DNA of 64,000 nt from Thermoanaerobaculia bacterium. Lineage in GTDB: Bacteria > Acidobacteriota > Thermoanaerobaculia > Gp7-AA8. The stretch lies in the NCBI GenBank assembly GCA_036399015.1, contig DASWNW010000038.1, forward strand, positions 122,934 through 186,933, read 5' to 3'. Of this stretch, positions 29,007 through 40,241 are shown one piece after another. Made by a program: the position numbers and the translations under genes. Each line of letters opens with the position of its first letter. Position 1 is the stretch's first letter. Under the pieces are notes generated by a model. It saw only the letters and a program-made list of their open reading frames with translations. It ran no database searches and was not told the DNA's origin.

Positions 29007-32000
29007 TCAGGAAGCGAGCGTGCCGACCGGCAGCCGCATCGTGAACGTCGACCCGGAGCCCTCTTCGCTCTCGACGGTGATCTCGCCGTCGTGCGCCTCG
29101 ACGATCGCGCGCGCGATGTACAGGCCGAGCCCCAGGCCGCCGTAGTAGCGGCTGGAGACGTTGCGCGCGCGGTGGAAGCGCTCGAAGAGCTGCGGGATCT
29201 CGTCGCGCGGGATGCCGATGCCGTGGTCGGTCACCGACGTGGCCACGTGGCTGTCTTCACTCACCACGCGCACGTCGATGTCGCTCCCCTCGGGCGAGTA
29301 CTTCAGCGCGTTCGAGAGGAGGTTGTCGACGACCTGCCGCATGCGGTCGGGGTCGGCCACCACCGTCGTCTCCGGCGCGTTGACGTCGAAATGGATGAGG
29401 CGCGCCGGATGCTGCACGCGGAAGGCGGAGATGCGCCCCTCGATGAACGGCAGCCACTGGATCGTCTGCGGGTGGATCTGCAGGCGATTGGTCTCGATGC
29501 GCGAGACGTCGAGCAGCTCGGAGATGAGCCCCATCATCCGCTCGATCTCGCCGAGGACGGCGTTGATGTAGGTGGCGCGCTCGTGCGGCTCGAGGTCGTC
29601 CACGGTCTGCGCGAGGAGTTGCGTGTAGCCCTTGATGGTGGTGAGCGGCGTGCGCAGCTCGTGCGAGGCGACGGACAGGAACTCGTCCTTCTTGCGGTCG
29701 AGCTCCTGCAGCGCGGTGATGTCGCGGATGACGAGGACCGCGCCGACGATGCCGCGGCTTTCGATCGGGGCCGCCGCGATGGAGAGGTCGAGGTCGCGGC
29801 CGGTGATGAGGTGCTTGGCCACGGCGAGGTAGTCGGGGACGGTCTGCCCCGCCAGCGCACGCGCGTACGGCATGTCGCTGCGCGGCACGGCGCGCCCCTC
29901 GGCGTCGCGGAAGTGCAGGCGCTCGAACGACCCATGCTCGATCGCCTCGGCGCGCGAGGCGAGGCCGAACATGTTCAGCGCGGCCTGGTTGACGTCGACG
30001 ACCGTGCCGTCGCCGTCGTAGACCCAGAGGCCGTCCGTCATCGAGCCGAGGATGGAGTCGAGGCGGGCGGAGCGCTCGGCCATCAGCGTGGCGAGGTTCT
30101 CGATCTCGCGGCGGGCGCGCACCTGCTCGGTGACGTCCTGCACGAGCACGGTCAGGCTCTGCGTGATGCCGGAGAAGCGGCCGCGCGCGGCGGAGATGAT
30201 CCGGTTGACGTACGCCTCGCCGACGAGCAGCTCCTCGTCGACGCGCGGCTCGCCCGACTCGGCGACCTGCTTGAGGATCTTCTCGACCTCGGCCGGCAGC
30301 ACTTCCGCGGCGCGCAGGCCGATCAGCTTCGTGTCGAACGAGATGCGGCCGAACTGCGAGACGTAGTCGATGAAGCGGGCGTTGGCGAGCTCGAAGCGGA
30401 GCTCGTCCGCGGAGATGACGGCGATGCCGATGGGGGCGCTCTCGAGCACGCCCTCGAACCGGACGCGCGCGTCGACCTCACGGCGCGCGAGCTCCTCGGC
30501 GGCGCGGTGGCCGTCCTGCGCGATCGTCGTCAGGCGGTGGATGTGGCTGGCCGCACCAATGCGCTCGGAGACGGCGCGGGCGAACTCGAGGTCCTCCGCG
30601 TCGAAGTTCCGCCGGGGGTCGGACTGCGAGATCACCACCGCGCCGATGCGCTCGCCCCACGACTCGATCGGATAGGCGATCAGGCTCTGCTCGCGCAGCT
30701 CGCGCTTCACCGCCCGCTCTTCCTCATCGCGCGCGAAGTCGAGCAGCGCATCGCCGCGGACCTCGTAGAACAGCAGCGGGCGGCCGATCTGGAACACCGT
30801 GCCGGCCAGCCCCTCACCGGGACGGAAGGGGCGGGCGGCGAAGAACGGACGGTACTGCGCGAGCGCCTGGTCGACGCTGGCGTAGCCGACCATCTCGAGC
30901 ATGCCGGTCGTGGAGTGATAGAGGTAGATGCGGACGGTGCCGGCGACCGCCTGGGCGATGCGGGCGGCGGGGTCGTCGAGGTTGTCGAAGCTCGGCGCCA
31001 TCGCGACCATCTCGAGGCCGAGGTTGGCGAGGCACTCCGCGCGGCGACGGCGCCACGACTCGCGCTCGGCGCTCTGGCGCTCCTCGGTCACGTCGCGCGA
31101 GAGCACGACCGAGCCGATGATGCGCGCCTTGTCGTCGCGGATCGGCGCGGCCTTGAGGTTCACGACCCGGTCGTCGTCGGTGCGGGAGTCGTGGACGAGG
31201 TAGTCGGACTTGACGACGTCGCCCTGCAGGGCGCGCATCGAGGGCAGCTCGTCGGTCGACAGCGGACTGCCGTCGATGTAGCGGTGCTGCATGTTGCGCA
31301 GCCGCCCCTCGGGGTCGGGCGTGAAAAGCACCGACGGCTCGCGCTGCGCCGCGGCGTTCATCCGCTCGAGCTTTCCGGCGGCGTCGTAGATCGCCGCGGC
31401 TTCCGGGATCTGATCGAGGATGGCGTTCACCTTCGCCATCTCGCGGATGGCGCGGTTGTGGAGCAGCGTGTTGTTCAGCGCGAGCGTGGCGTAGCGGCCG
31501 ATCTCCGCGAAGAGCGCGATCTCCTCCTCGGTCCAGTCGCGCAGCGCGTCGCACTGGTGGATGCCGAACGCCCACGGCTCTTCCTCGCGCGGGCGGAGGA
31601 CCTGGATGAGCGCCGACTTGATGCGAAAGCGCTTCGCGAGCTCCGGATCGAGCGCCGGATCGCCGTCCGCGATCGGCACCGGCCGCGGCGACTCCATCGC
31701 GCGGCGGATCAGCGCCTGCGAGGCGTCGAGCCGCACCGGCCCCTTGTCGGCGATCTGTTCTTCGAAGCCGGGGGCGGCGACGGTGAAGGCGACCTTCGCG
31801 TACTCCGCCTGCTCGTGCACCGGATGGAGGAGCCACGCGCGGTCGGCGCCGAACTCCTCGCGCGTCACCGCGACGATGCGCCGCAGCACCTCGCGCAGCT
31901 CGAGCGTGCCGGTGAAGGTCTCCAGGATTTTCGAGAGGAAGCGGTAGCGCTCCTCGGTCGTGAAGCGGGCGCGGTCGGACGAAGCCGGCGCGAGGTAACG

Positions 32001-32273
32001 CACCATCAGCCGGCGGATCGCGGCATCGTCATGCGGGACGTCGGGCAGCTCGAGCAGGCGCGCCATCGGCTGCTTGCTCTCGGCCGCGCCGCGCAGGCGC
32101 TGCAGGGCGGCGTAACCGCTCACCGCGATGAGGTGGAAACGCTCGCGATCGAGCAGGTCGACCGCCTCCTCCTCGGAGCCTGCAACCACCGGTGTGAAGC
32201 TGAGCGAGCGCGCGACGTCCGCCGGCGTCCGTGCTGCGTTCTCGCCAGCGACGATGAGGACCTGATTGACCAT
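29007..32273 (-). CDS. Multi-sensor hybrid-type histidine kinase. It has an N-terminal receiver-like domain, GAF, several PAS, GAF, HisKA and HATPase_c.
   Basis: H-box LSVASHELRTPL and G-box GGLGLGLYIARAIVEAHDGEITVESEEGSGSTF are present. 1088 aa. The plus-strand 1151-aa ORF is antisense. Confidence 0.85.
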   Translation of the reverse strand: MVNQVLIVAGENAARTPADVARSLSFTPVVAGSEEEAVDLLDRERFHLIAVSGYAALQRLRGAAESKQPMARLLELPDVPHDDAAIRRLMVRYLAPASSDRARFTTEERYRFLSKILETFTGTLELREVLRRIVAVTREEFGADRAWLLHPVHEQAEYAKVAFTVAAPGFEEQIADKGPVRLDASQALIRRAMESPRPVPIADGDPALDPELAKRFRIKSALIQVLRPREEEPWAFGIHQCDALRDWTEEEIALFAEIGRYATLALNNTLLHNRAIREMAKVNAILDQIPEAAAIYDAAGKLERMNAAAQREPSVLFTPDPEGRLRNMQHRYIDGSPLSTDELPSMRALQGDVVKSDYLVHDSRTDDDRVVNLKAAPIRDDKARIIGSVVLSRDVTEERQSAERESWRRRRAECLANLGLEMVAMAPSFDNLDDPAARIAQAVAGTVRIYLYHSTTGMLEMVGYASVDQALAQYRPFFAARPFRPGEGLAGTVFQIGRPLLFYEVRGDALLDFARDEEERAVKRELREQSLIAYPIESWGERIGAVVISQSDPRRNFDAEDLEFARAVSERIGAASHIHRLTTIAQDGHRAAEELARREVDARVRFEGVLESAPIGIAVISADELRFELANARFIDYVSQFGRISFDTKLIGLRAAEVLPAEVEKILKQVAESGEPRVDEELLVGEAYVNRIISAARGRFSGITQSLTVLVQDVTEQVRARREIENLATLMAERSARLDSILGSMTDGLWVYDGDGTVVDVNQAALNMFGLASRAEAIEHGSFERLHFRDAEGRAVPRSDMPYARALAGQTVPDYLAVAKHLITGRDLDLSIAAAPIESRGIVGAVLVIRDITALQELDRKKDEFLSVASHELRTPLTTIKGYTQLLAQTVDDLEPHERATYINAVLGEIERMMGLISELLDVSRIETNRLQIHPQTIQWLPFIEGRISAFRVQHPARLIHFDVNAPETTVVADPDRMRQVVDNLLSNALKYSPEGSDIDVRVVSEDSHVATSVTDHGIGIPRDEIPQLFERFHRARNVSSRYYGGLGLGLYIARAIVEAHDGEITVESEEGSGSTFTMRLPVGTLAS

Positions 32274-32300
32274 GAATGTCAGCGCGTCATGCTAGCAGAA

Positions 32301-32406
32301 GGGTTCCTCGGAGTTCCTCGGTTCCTCGGAGTTCCTCGGGGCCGCCGCCGAGCTCGCAGCACGCGCCGAGGAACTCCGAGGAACCCCGAGGAACTCCCGA
32401 GGAACC
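32301..32406. repeat. Family-A hairpin element (GTTCCTCGG units, 26-nt loop, CCGAGGAAC units).
   Basis: It lies in the divergent region between the HK start (32273) and the mazG ATG (32411). The right arm ends 4 bp before the mazG ATG. Confidence 0.8.
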
Positions 32407-32410
32407 TACA

Positions 32411-33202
32411 ATGCGCCCCATGTCGAAACGCACCTTCGATGAGCTCGTAAAACTCATGACGCGATTGCGCGCCCCCGGCGGCTGTCCCTGGGACCGCAAG
32501 CAGACGCTTCCGGACCTGAAGGCGTACGTCATCGAGGAGGCCTACGAGGTCGTCGACGCCATCGACCAGGACGACCGGCGCGCGCTGGCGGAGGAGCTCG
32601 GCGATTTCCTGCTGCAGGCGGTGTTCCTCGCCGAGATCACGCGCGAAGAGGGGACGTTCGACATCTACGACTCCATCACCGCCATCCACGACAAGCTGGT
32701 GCGCCGCCACCCGCACGTCTTCGGCGACGTCGAAGCGAACGACGCGGAACAGGTCCTGGTGAACTGGGAGAAGCTGAAGCAGGACGAGCGGAAGGCGGAG
32801 AACAAGAGCGTGCTCTCGGGCGTGCCGCAGTCGATGCCGGCGCTGCTGAAGGCGTCGCGGCTCACCGAAAAGGCGGCGCGTGTCGGATTCGACTGGCGCC
32901 GCACCGAGGACGTCTTCGACAAGATCGACGAAGAACTGGCCGAGCTGCGGGAGGCGGTCGCGAACGGCGACACCGCGCACATCCATGAGGAGATCGGCGA
33001 CCTGCTCTTCACGGTGGCGAACATCGCGCGCAAGGTGAACGTGAACCCCGAAGAGGCGCTGCAGTCGACGAACCGCAAATTCATGAGCCGGTTCGGGTCG
33101 ATGGAGTCGCGGGTGCGCGAGCGGGGGCAGAATCTCGACCAGCTCGAGCTCGAGGAGATGGACAAGCTGTGGGACGAGGCAAAAGCGGCGGAACGCGCCT
33201 GA
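32411..33202 (+). CDS. mazG: Nucleoside triphosphate pyrophosphohydrolase MazG.
   Basis: The motifs LRAPGGCPWDRKQT and EExYEV and the tandem MazG EEIGDLLF motif are present. Confidence 0.85.
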   Translation: MRPMSKRTFDELVKLMTRLRAPGGCPWDRKQTLPDLKAYVIEEAYEVVDAIDQDDRRALAEELGDFLLQAVFLAEITREEGTFDIYDSITAIHDKLVRRHPHVFGDVEANDAEQVLVNWEKLKQDERKAENKSVLSGVPQSMPALLKASRLTEKAARVGFDWRRTEDVFDKIDEELAELREAVANGDTAHIHEEIGDLLFTVANIARKVNVNPEEALQSTNRKFMSRFGSMESRVRERGQNLDQLELEEMDKLWDEAKAAERA

Positions 33203-33498
33203 GAAAGCTCACCACCTACGCGCTGCTGTTCGTGCTGGTGATCGCGCTGCACGACTTCTTCGCGCCGCACGGCCGCGGCTACGCCGCGCGCGGCGCCATC
33301 TTCGTCATCGACGAGTACCGCGCCCACGTCTCGCCGCGCCTGAAGGGGCGCGTGACCTGCCGCTTCACCCCTTCCTGCTCGGCGTACGGCCGCGAGGCGA
33401 TCCGGAAGTACGGGTTCGCGGAGGGGGCTTCGAAGGCGGCGTGGCGGATCGCCCGCTGCGGCCCCTGGACGAAGCAGGGGACGCGGGAGCTGCCGTAG
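33169..33498 (+). CDS. yidD: Membrane protein insertion efficiency factor YidD.
   Basis: The motif CRFTPSCSAYGREAI is present. The start is uncertain because it overlaps the mazG 3' end. Confidence 0.6.
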   Translation: MGRGKSGGTRLRKLTTYALLFVLVIALHDFFAPHGRGYAARGAIFVIDEYRAHVSPRLKGRVTCRFTPSCSAYGREAIRKYGFAEGASKAAWRIARCGPWTKQGTRELP

Positions 33499-34144
33499 CG
33501 GCGGCGGGCAGGTCGGCGCTCGGGCAGATGTCGTTGAGGACGCAGTTCGGGCAGTCGGGCTTGCGCGCGATGCAGACGCGGCGTCCGTGAAGGATGAGCC
33601 GGTTCGCGAAGGCGGTCCACTCGTCGCGCGGCACGATCTTCATGAGGTCCTGCTCGATGTCGACCGGGTCGGCGTGCCTGGTGAAGGCGAGGCGGCCGGA
33701 GAGGCGGGTCACGTGCGTGTCGACGATCACCCCGGCGTTGATGCCGTGCGCGTTGCCGAGGATCACGTTCGCCGTCTTGCGTCCGACGCCCGGCAACTCG
33801 ACCAGCTCCTCCATCGTGCGCGGCACCTCGCCGCCGTGCTTCTCGACGAGCGCCTTCGAGCAGGCGATGACCGCCTTCGCCTTGTTGCGGAAGAAGCCGG
33901 TCTGCTTCACGTCGGTCTCCATCGCCACCTGCGACGCCTCGGCAAACGCCCGCGGGTTCGGGTACTTGCGGAAGAGCGACTTGGTGACGATGTTCACCCG
34001 CGCGTCGGTCGACTGCGCGGCGAGGATCGTGGCGATCAGCAGCTCGAACGCGTTGTTGAAGTCGAGCTCGATCTTCGCGTCGGGGTACGCGTTCTTCAGC
34101 CGCGCATTGACCTCGGCGGCACGTTGCTTCCTCTGGGTCGACAC
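33365..34144 (-). CDS. nth: Endonuclease III (Nth), carrying a low-complexity Pro/Ser/Arg-rich C-terminal tail.
   Basis: The HhH-GPD motif LPGVGRKTANVIL and the 4Fe-4S cysteines C-x6-C-x2-C-x5-C are present. The tail overlaps yidD on the opposite strand. Confidence 0.85.
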   Translation of the reverse strand: MSTQRKQRAAEVNARLKNAYPDAKIELDFNNAFELLIATILAAQSTDARVNIVTKSLFRKYPNPRAFAEASQVAMETDVKQTGFFRNKAKAVIACSKALVEKHGGEVPRTMEELVELPGVGRKTANVILGNAHGINAGVIVDTHVTRLSGRLAFTRHADPVDIEQDLMKIVPRDEWTAFANRLILHGRRVCIARKPDCPNCVLNDICPSADLPAAATAAPASPASSRGRSGRSATPPSKPPPRTRTSGSPRGRTPSRKG

Positions 34145-34269
34145 GCGTGGGATTCTAAGCCGGAGTGGCCGGTTGCTCGTTGCTGGTTGCTGGTTTCCTG
34201 CGAGGCAGTGCCTCCGGCGGAAGCCGTCGAGTCACGAGCAACCAGCAACGGCAATAGAATCCACCCACC

Positions 34270-35934
<1,665 letters not shown>

Positions 35935-36064
35935 TGGAGCGGTGCCCGCTCTCGGGCACCGGGGTCGGCGGCCGAAGCGGCCGCCGCTCCACTCCAGAAA
36001 GCACCACCGCCCGGGTAGGGACAACACCTCGGCAGTACACTCCTCCTCACAGGAGACCGAGACG

Positions 36065-38335
36065 ATGTCCAACTGGACGCGCAGGAAGTTCATCACCGTC
36101 ACTACCGTCGCCGGTGTCGCCGCCACGGAGATCGCGGCGCAGACGCCGCGGCGCTCCTCGAAGCCGGGAGCGACGCGCTACGCGGTCCATCCCTCGGTCG
36201 GCGTGGCGCGGCTCGGCAACAGCCCGGATGAGTTCTACCTCGAGCCGGAGTCGATCGGCGGCCTCCCGATCGAATGCACGCCGGACGGCACGCCGCGCAC
36301 GAAAGACGGCAAGCCGGTCTTCGTCCGGAAGTTCAAGGACGCCGAGGGGCGCATCAAGCGGCAGGGGGCGCAGTTCCGCGTCTACGCGTTCGACTCGAAC
36401 GATCCGTACGACCCCGGCCGCGAGATCACGCTCGACTCGCCCGAGGTGGAGTCGATCGAGTGGACGGTGCACCTCGCGAACAAGAAGGCCGTCTGGTACA
36501 ACAACGACCAGTTCATCGGGAACACCTACCTCGCCGGCGATCCGAACGCGGTGCAGGAGGATGCGAACTACTACCCGAACCCCAACACCCCACCCACGCC
36601 GACCGTCGACGCGAGCCTCCGCAACTGGTACATCCAGAAAGAGGATGACCGGCAGCGGATGCTGATCATCGACCCGGGACCGCGCAAGGTCAGCCGTCCG
36701 GGACAGAAGGCGGCGTTCTCGCGCGACACCATCCCGCCGGACTACACGAAAGGCGCGTTCCCCCCGATCGACCCGGAGAACCGGCGCGTGCCGTACGAGA
36801 TCGACACGCTCGGCGACATGATGATGTCGCGCTCCGGCCGGCTGGTCGTGCTGGGCGGCTTCGGCAGGGCCGGCGGGCAGGTGCCGATCGCGACCTACAC
36901 CGGCGCCGACACCTGGTACGACGACATCTCCGACGGCCCCGTCTGGTGCCGCCTCAAGCTGAAGGGGCAGGCAGAGCCGATCGTGCTGACCGCGTGGGCG
37001 CTGGTCGGCTCGCCGAAGTACGCGCCGGAGCTGCGCAGCATCTCGACTCTCGACGACATCATGTTCGACGTCGGCACCCGCTTCTACAACCTCGTCCCGG
37101 AGCTGTACGACGAGGGGCGGTACCGCGACGGCGGCTACAACCCGAACTACGAGGCCAACTACGCGCGCGACGTGGAGCCGATCCTCGAGCGCATCGGCGA
37201 CTACATCTGGGTCGCCAACGTGCAGTCGATGGTCGCGTTCATCTCCCCCCGCTTCAACCCGCGCGACAACTCCGAGGCGAACCGGAAGAACCGGGAAACG
37301 TTCTTCTCCTACTTCCGCGACTCCTCGAAGAACGAGCTCTCCGCGCCGCGCCAGCAGCTCTTCCACAACCGCGTCCCCATGGTCCCGCTCAACTCCGGGT
37401 CGAACTCGGTGACGAACGAGAACCAGGACAAGTACATGGGGCTCACGCGCACGCAGTACTTCCTCCTCGGGCAGTGGGCGAAGGGGAAGTTCACGACCGG
37501 GACGGTGAAGCCGTGGCCGAACCGCGTCCATCCGCTCGACCGCGCGTCCGCCGGCAACTGCGTCGGCCACCCGATGTCGCCCGGGATCGAGGTGACGTGG
37601 TCGGTGCGCAACCCGGTCATCTACAGCGAGCCGTATCGCATCAAGATCCACAAGGACGAGGCGTGGTATCGCGAGAAGGGCCTGAGCACGCTCGGCGACG
37701 AGACCGGCACGTATTTCGCGCGATTCCCGAAGCCGGGCGTCACGCCGCCGGCGTGGCTGGTGGTGCAGGACGGCTGCGAGCCGGGCGACCTCACCAAGCG
37801 CATGTCCGGACCCTGGATGTCGGACTTCTACCAGTGCTCGGTCGAGTATGTGAACTTCAGCGACCCGCCCGCGACGTCGCAGCCGAACACCACCGCCATC
37901 ACCGAGATCCCGACGCCGCCGACGTACTACACCTACTGGTGGCCGCCGCAGGCGCCGATGCACGTGCTCACCGGCGCGATGACGGCGCAGGAACAGGCGG
38001 ACGCCGGCGTCCCGGCCGGGTTCCAGGTCTATTACACGCGCGGCGCGAACAACATCGGGAACCTCGTCATCAGCTGGTCGTACATGGGCTTCATCGTCAA
38101 CGAGAACGAGTCGGACGAGGGGCGGATGTACCCCTACTTCGTCGAGAAGGAGCGGAACCACGACCGCTTCGTCGCGGCGGCGGTGGCGGTCGGAAGCCCG
38201 ATCAACCAGATGTCCGCGACCGGCAGTTACGCGCAGCCGACGAACTACTTCACGCTCGCCTGGTTCATGAAGGACGAGGCGGCCATCGCGGCGTGCGACG
38301 GCGTCCCGCCCGATGACCCGAGATGCAGGGACTGA
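36065..38335 (+). CDS. Candidate LodA/GoxA-family quinoprotein amino-acid oxidase (cysteine tryptophylquinone-dependent) with a Tat signal.
   Basis: The twin-arginine motif TRRKFITV is present. A Cys (GNCVGHP) and a Trp (PPAW) lie exactly 65 residues apart, as in LodA Cys516/Trp581. A LodB-like flavoprotein gene follows. The RBS is caggagac. Confidence 0.55.
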   Translation: MSNWTRRKFITVTTVAGVAATEIAAQTPRRSSKPGATRYAVHPSVGVARLGNSPDEFYLEPESIGGLPIECTPDGTPRTKDGKPVFVRKFKDAEGRIKRQGAQFRVYAFDSNDPYDPGREITLDSPEVESIEWTVHLANKKAVWYNNDQFIGNTYLAGDPNAVQEDANYYPNPNTPPTPTVDASLRNWYIQKEDDRQRMLIIDPGPRKVSRPGQKAAFSRDTIPPDYTKGAFPPIDPENRRVPYEIDTLGDMMMSRSGRLVVLGGFGRAGGQVPIATYTGADTWYDDISDGPVWCRLKLKGQAEPIVLTAWALVGSPKYAPELRSISTLDDIMFDVGTRFYNLVPELYDEGRYRDGGYNPNYEANYARDVEPILERIGDYIWVANVQSMVAFISPRFNPRDNSEANRKNRETFFSYFRDSSKNELSAPRQQLFHNRVPMVPLNSGSNSVTNENQDKYMGLTRTQYFLLGQWAKGKFTTGTVKPWPNRVHPLDRASAGNCVGHPMSPGIEVTWSVRNPVIYSEPYRIKIHKDEAWYREKGLSTLGDETGTYFARFPKPGVTPPAWLVVQDGCEPGDLTKRMSGPWMSDFYQCSVEYVNFSDPPATSQPNTTAITEIPTPPTYYTYWWPPQAPMHVLTGAMTAQEQADAGVPAGFQVYYTRGANNIGNLVISWSYMGFIVNENESDEGRMYPYFVEKERNHDRFVAAAVAVGSPINQMSATGSYAQPTNYFTLAWFMKDEAAIAACDGVPPDDPRCRD

Positions 38336-39441
38336 ATGAGTACGACGTCGCGGCCGCCGAGTACGACGTTGCCGTCGTGGGCGGCGGGCCGGCCGGGTCC
38401 GCCGCCGCGCTGACGCTGCTGCGCTACTCGAAGCTGCGGCCCGTCGTCGTCGAACGCTCGTCGTACGACGGCTGGCGCGTCGGCGAGACGCTCTCCCCCG
38501 GCGTCTTCCCGCTGCTGACCTACCTCGGCGCGGAGTCGCTGCTGCCCGGACAGGGGCAGCGCCGCGCGTACGCCACCAGCGCGGCGTGGGGCAGCGCCGA
38601 CGTCGTGTCGCGCGACTTCCTCTTCACCGGCGGCGGCGACGCGTGGCATCTCGATCGCGCCCGCTTCGACGCCTCGCTCGCGCGGCTCGTCTCCGAACGC
38701 GGCGGCACGCTGCTCTCCGGCACGGTCGTGGAGAAGGTCGAGCCGCGCTGGACGCTGATCACCAGCCGCGGTGCGATCTCCGCCCGCTTCGTCATCGACG
38801 CGACCGGCCGCCACGCGGCGTTCGCCCGGACGCAGGGGGCGCGCGCCGCATCCGACGATCACCTGACCGGCCTCGTGGGGTTGTTCGAGGGCGGCGACGG
38901 CGCGCAGACGGCGACGCTGGTCGAGGCGGTGGAGGACGGCTGGTGGTATTCGGCGCACCTGCCGGAGAACCGCACGGTCGTTGCCTTCATGACGGACGCC
39001 GACATCGTGCGCGCCGGCCGCCTGCACGAGGAGGACGCCTGGCTGGAGCGCCTCGGCGGCACGCGCGCGACGCGGCCGCGCACGGCGAACGCGCGGCTCG
39101 CGGAGGGGCCGATCGCCGCGCCGGCACACTCACAGATCCTCTACCCGGTGACCGGCGACGGCTGGATCAGCGCCGGCGATGCGGCGGCGGGATTCGATCC
39201 GCTGTCGTCGATGGGGATCGGCTACGCGATCGCCTCCGGCATCCAGGCGGCACGCGTCGCCGCCAGCTCGCTGTCCGGCGCAAGCGAGCACGCGCGTCTC
39301 TTCGCGCTCGACGTGCGGCGCCACTACGACGCCTACCTCGCGCGGCGGCAGGCGTACTACGAGATCGAGCAGCGCTGGCCGCGGTCGCCGTTCTGGGCGC
39401 GCAGGCACGGCGCGGGCGCGGTGTCATACTCCGCCGGATGA
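38323..39441 (+). CDS. LodB-like FAD-dependent flavoprotein, the putative CTQ-biogenesis partner.
   Basis: The N-terminal Rossmann motif is YDVAVVGGGPAGSAAALTL. It is 372 aa and overlaps the upstream gene by 13 bp. Confidence 0.55.
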   Translation: MQGLNEYDVAAAEYDVAVVGGGPAGSAAALTLLRYSKLRPVVVERSSYDGWRVGETLSPGVFPLLTYLGAESLLPGQGQRRAYATSAAWGSADVVSRDFLFTGGGDAWHLDRARFDASLARLVSERGGTLLSGTVVEKVEPRWTLITSRGAISARFVIDATGRHAAFARTQGARAASDDHLTGLVGLFEGGDGAQTATLVEAVEDGWWYSAHLPENRTVVAFMTDADIVRAGRLHEEDAWLERLGGTRATRPRTANARLAEGPIAAPAHSQILYPVTGDGWISAGDAAAGFDPLSSMGIGYAIASGIQAARVAASSLSGASEHARLFALDVRRHYDAYLARRQAYYEIEQRWPRSPFWARRHGAGAVSYSAG

Positions 39442-40208
39442 CGCAGCACGCCACCTCGTCTTCCTCGCCGCAGCCGGGATCGGAGCCGTCACACGCGGAG
39501 CGGGTGCGCACGCTGCTCGTGAGCGAGCGCGTCGGCACACTCGCCACACACTCCGCGCGGCACCCTGGCTGGCCGTTCGCCTCGGTCATGCCGTACGCGC
39601 TCGACGACGGCGCCTCGCCGCTCTTCCTCATCAGCGGCATGGCCATCCACACGCAGAACGCGCTCGCCGATCCGCGCGCGAGCCTCCTCGTCATGCAGAG
39701 CGGCGCCGACGCCGACCCGCTCGGCTCCCCTCGCGCCACGCTCCTCGGCCACGTGCGGCGCGTCGAGGCGCCGTCGGAGGCGTTGCGCAACGCCTATCTC
39801 GAGCGCCATCCGTCGGCCCGCTACTGGATCGACTTCTCCGACTTCGCGTTCTTCCGCCTCGAGGTCACCGACGTCTACTTCGTCGGCGGCTTCGGCGTCA
39901 TGGGCTGGGTGACGGCGGACGACTACCGCGCCGCGGAGGCCGACCCGCTCGTCGACAGCGCGGCGATGATCATCGAGCACATGAACGCCGATCACGCAGA
40001 CGCGCTGCGCGGCATCACCCGCCACTTCGGCGGCCTGGAGGCGGAGGAGGCGACGATGGTCTCCTGCGACCGCCTCGGCTTCGTCGTGCGCGCGCGGACG
40101 GCGGAGGGGATGAAGGGGGCGCGCATCCAGTTCCCGGAGCCGGTCCGCTCGCGCGAGGACGCGCGCCGGGTGCTCGTGGCCATGACGCGCGCCTCGCGGG
40201 GGGAGTGA
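39438..40208 (+). CDS. HugZ/HutZ-like protein (pyridoxamine-5'-phosphate-oxidase-like split barrel plus DUF2470).
   Basis: The domain pattern was recognised by eye. It has an ATGA overlap with the lodB-like gene. Confidence 0.5.
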   Translation: MTQHATSSSSPQPGSEPSHAERVRTLLVSERVGTLATHSARHPGWPFASVMPYALDDGASPLFLISGMAIHTQNALADPRASLLVMQSGADADPLGSPRATLLGHVRRVEAPSEALRNAYLERHPSARYWIDFSDFAFFRLEVTDVYFVGGFGVMGWVTADDYRAAEADPLVDSAAMIIEHMNADHADALRGITRHFGGLEAEEATMVSCDRLGFVVRARTAEGMKGARIQFPEPVRSREDARRVLVAMTRASRGE

Positions 40209-40226
40209 CGGCGGGCCGGAGCCCGC
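40209..40226. terminator. GC hairpin GCGGGC-CGGA-GCCCGC between convergent genes.
   Basis: The inverted repeat lies 1 bp after the HugZ-like stop and 16 bp from the stop of the giant minus-strand gene. There is no U-tract. Confidence 0.3.
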
Positions 40227-40241
40227 CGCCACTGCATCTCA

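Noticed and set aside
28995-32450. 1151-aa plus-strand ORF.
   Set aside because: It is antisense to the 1088-aa multi-sensor histidine kinase. It has no motifs and an R/D/G-rich composition.
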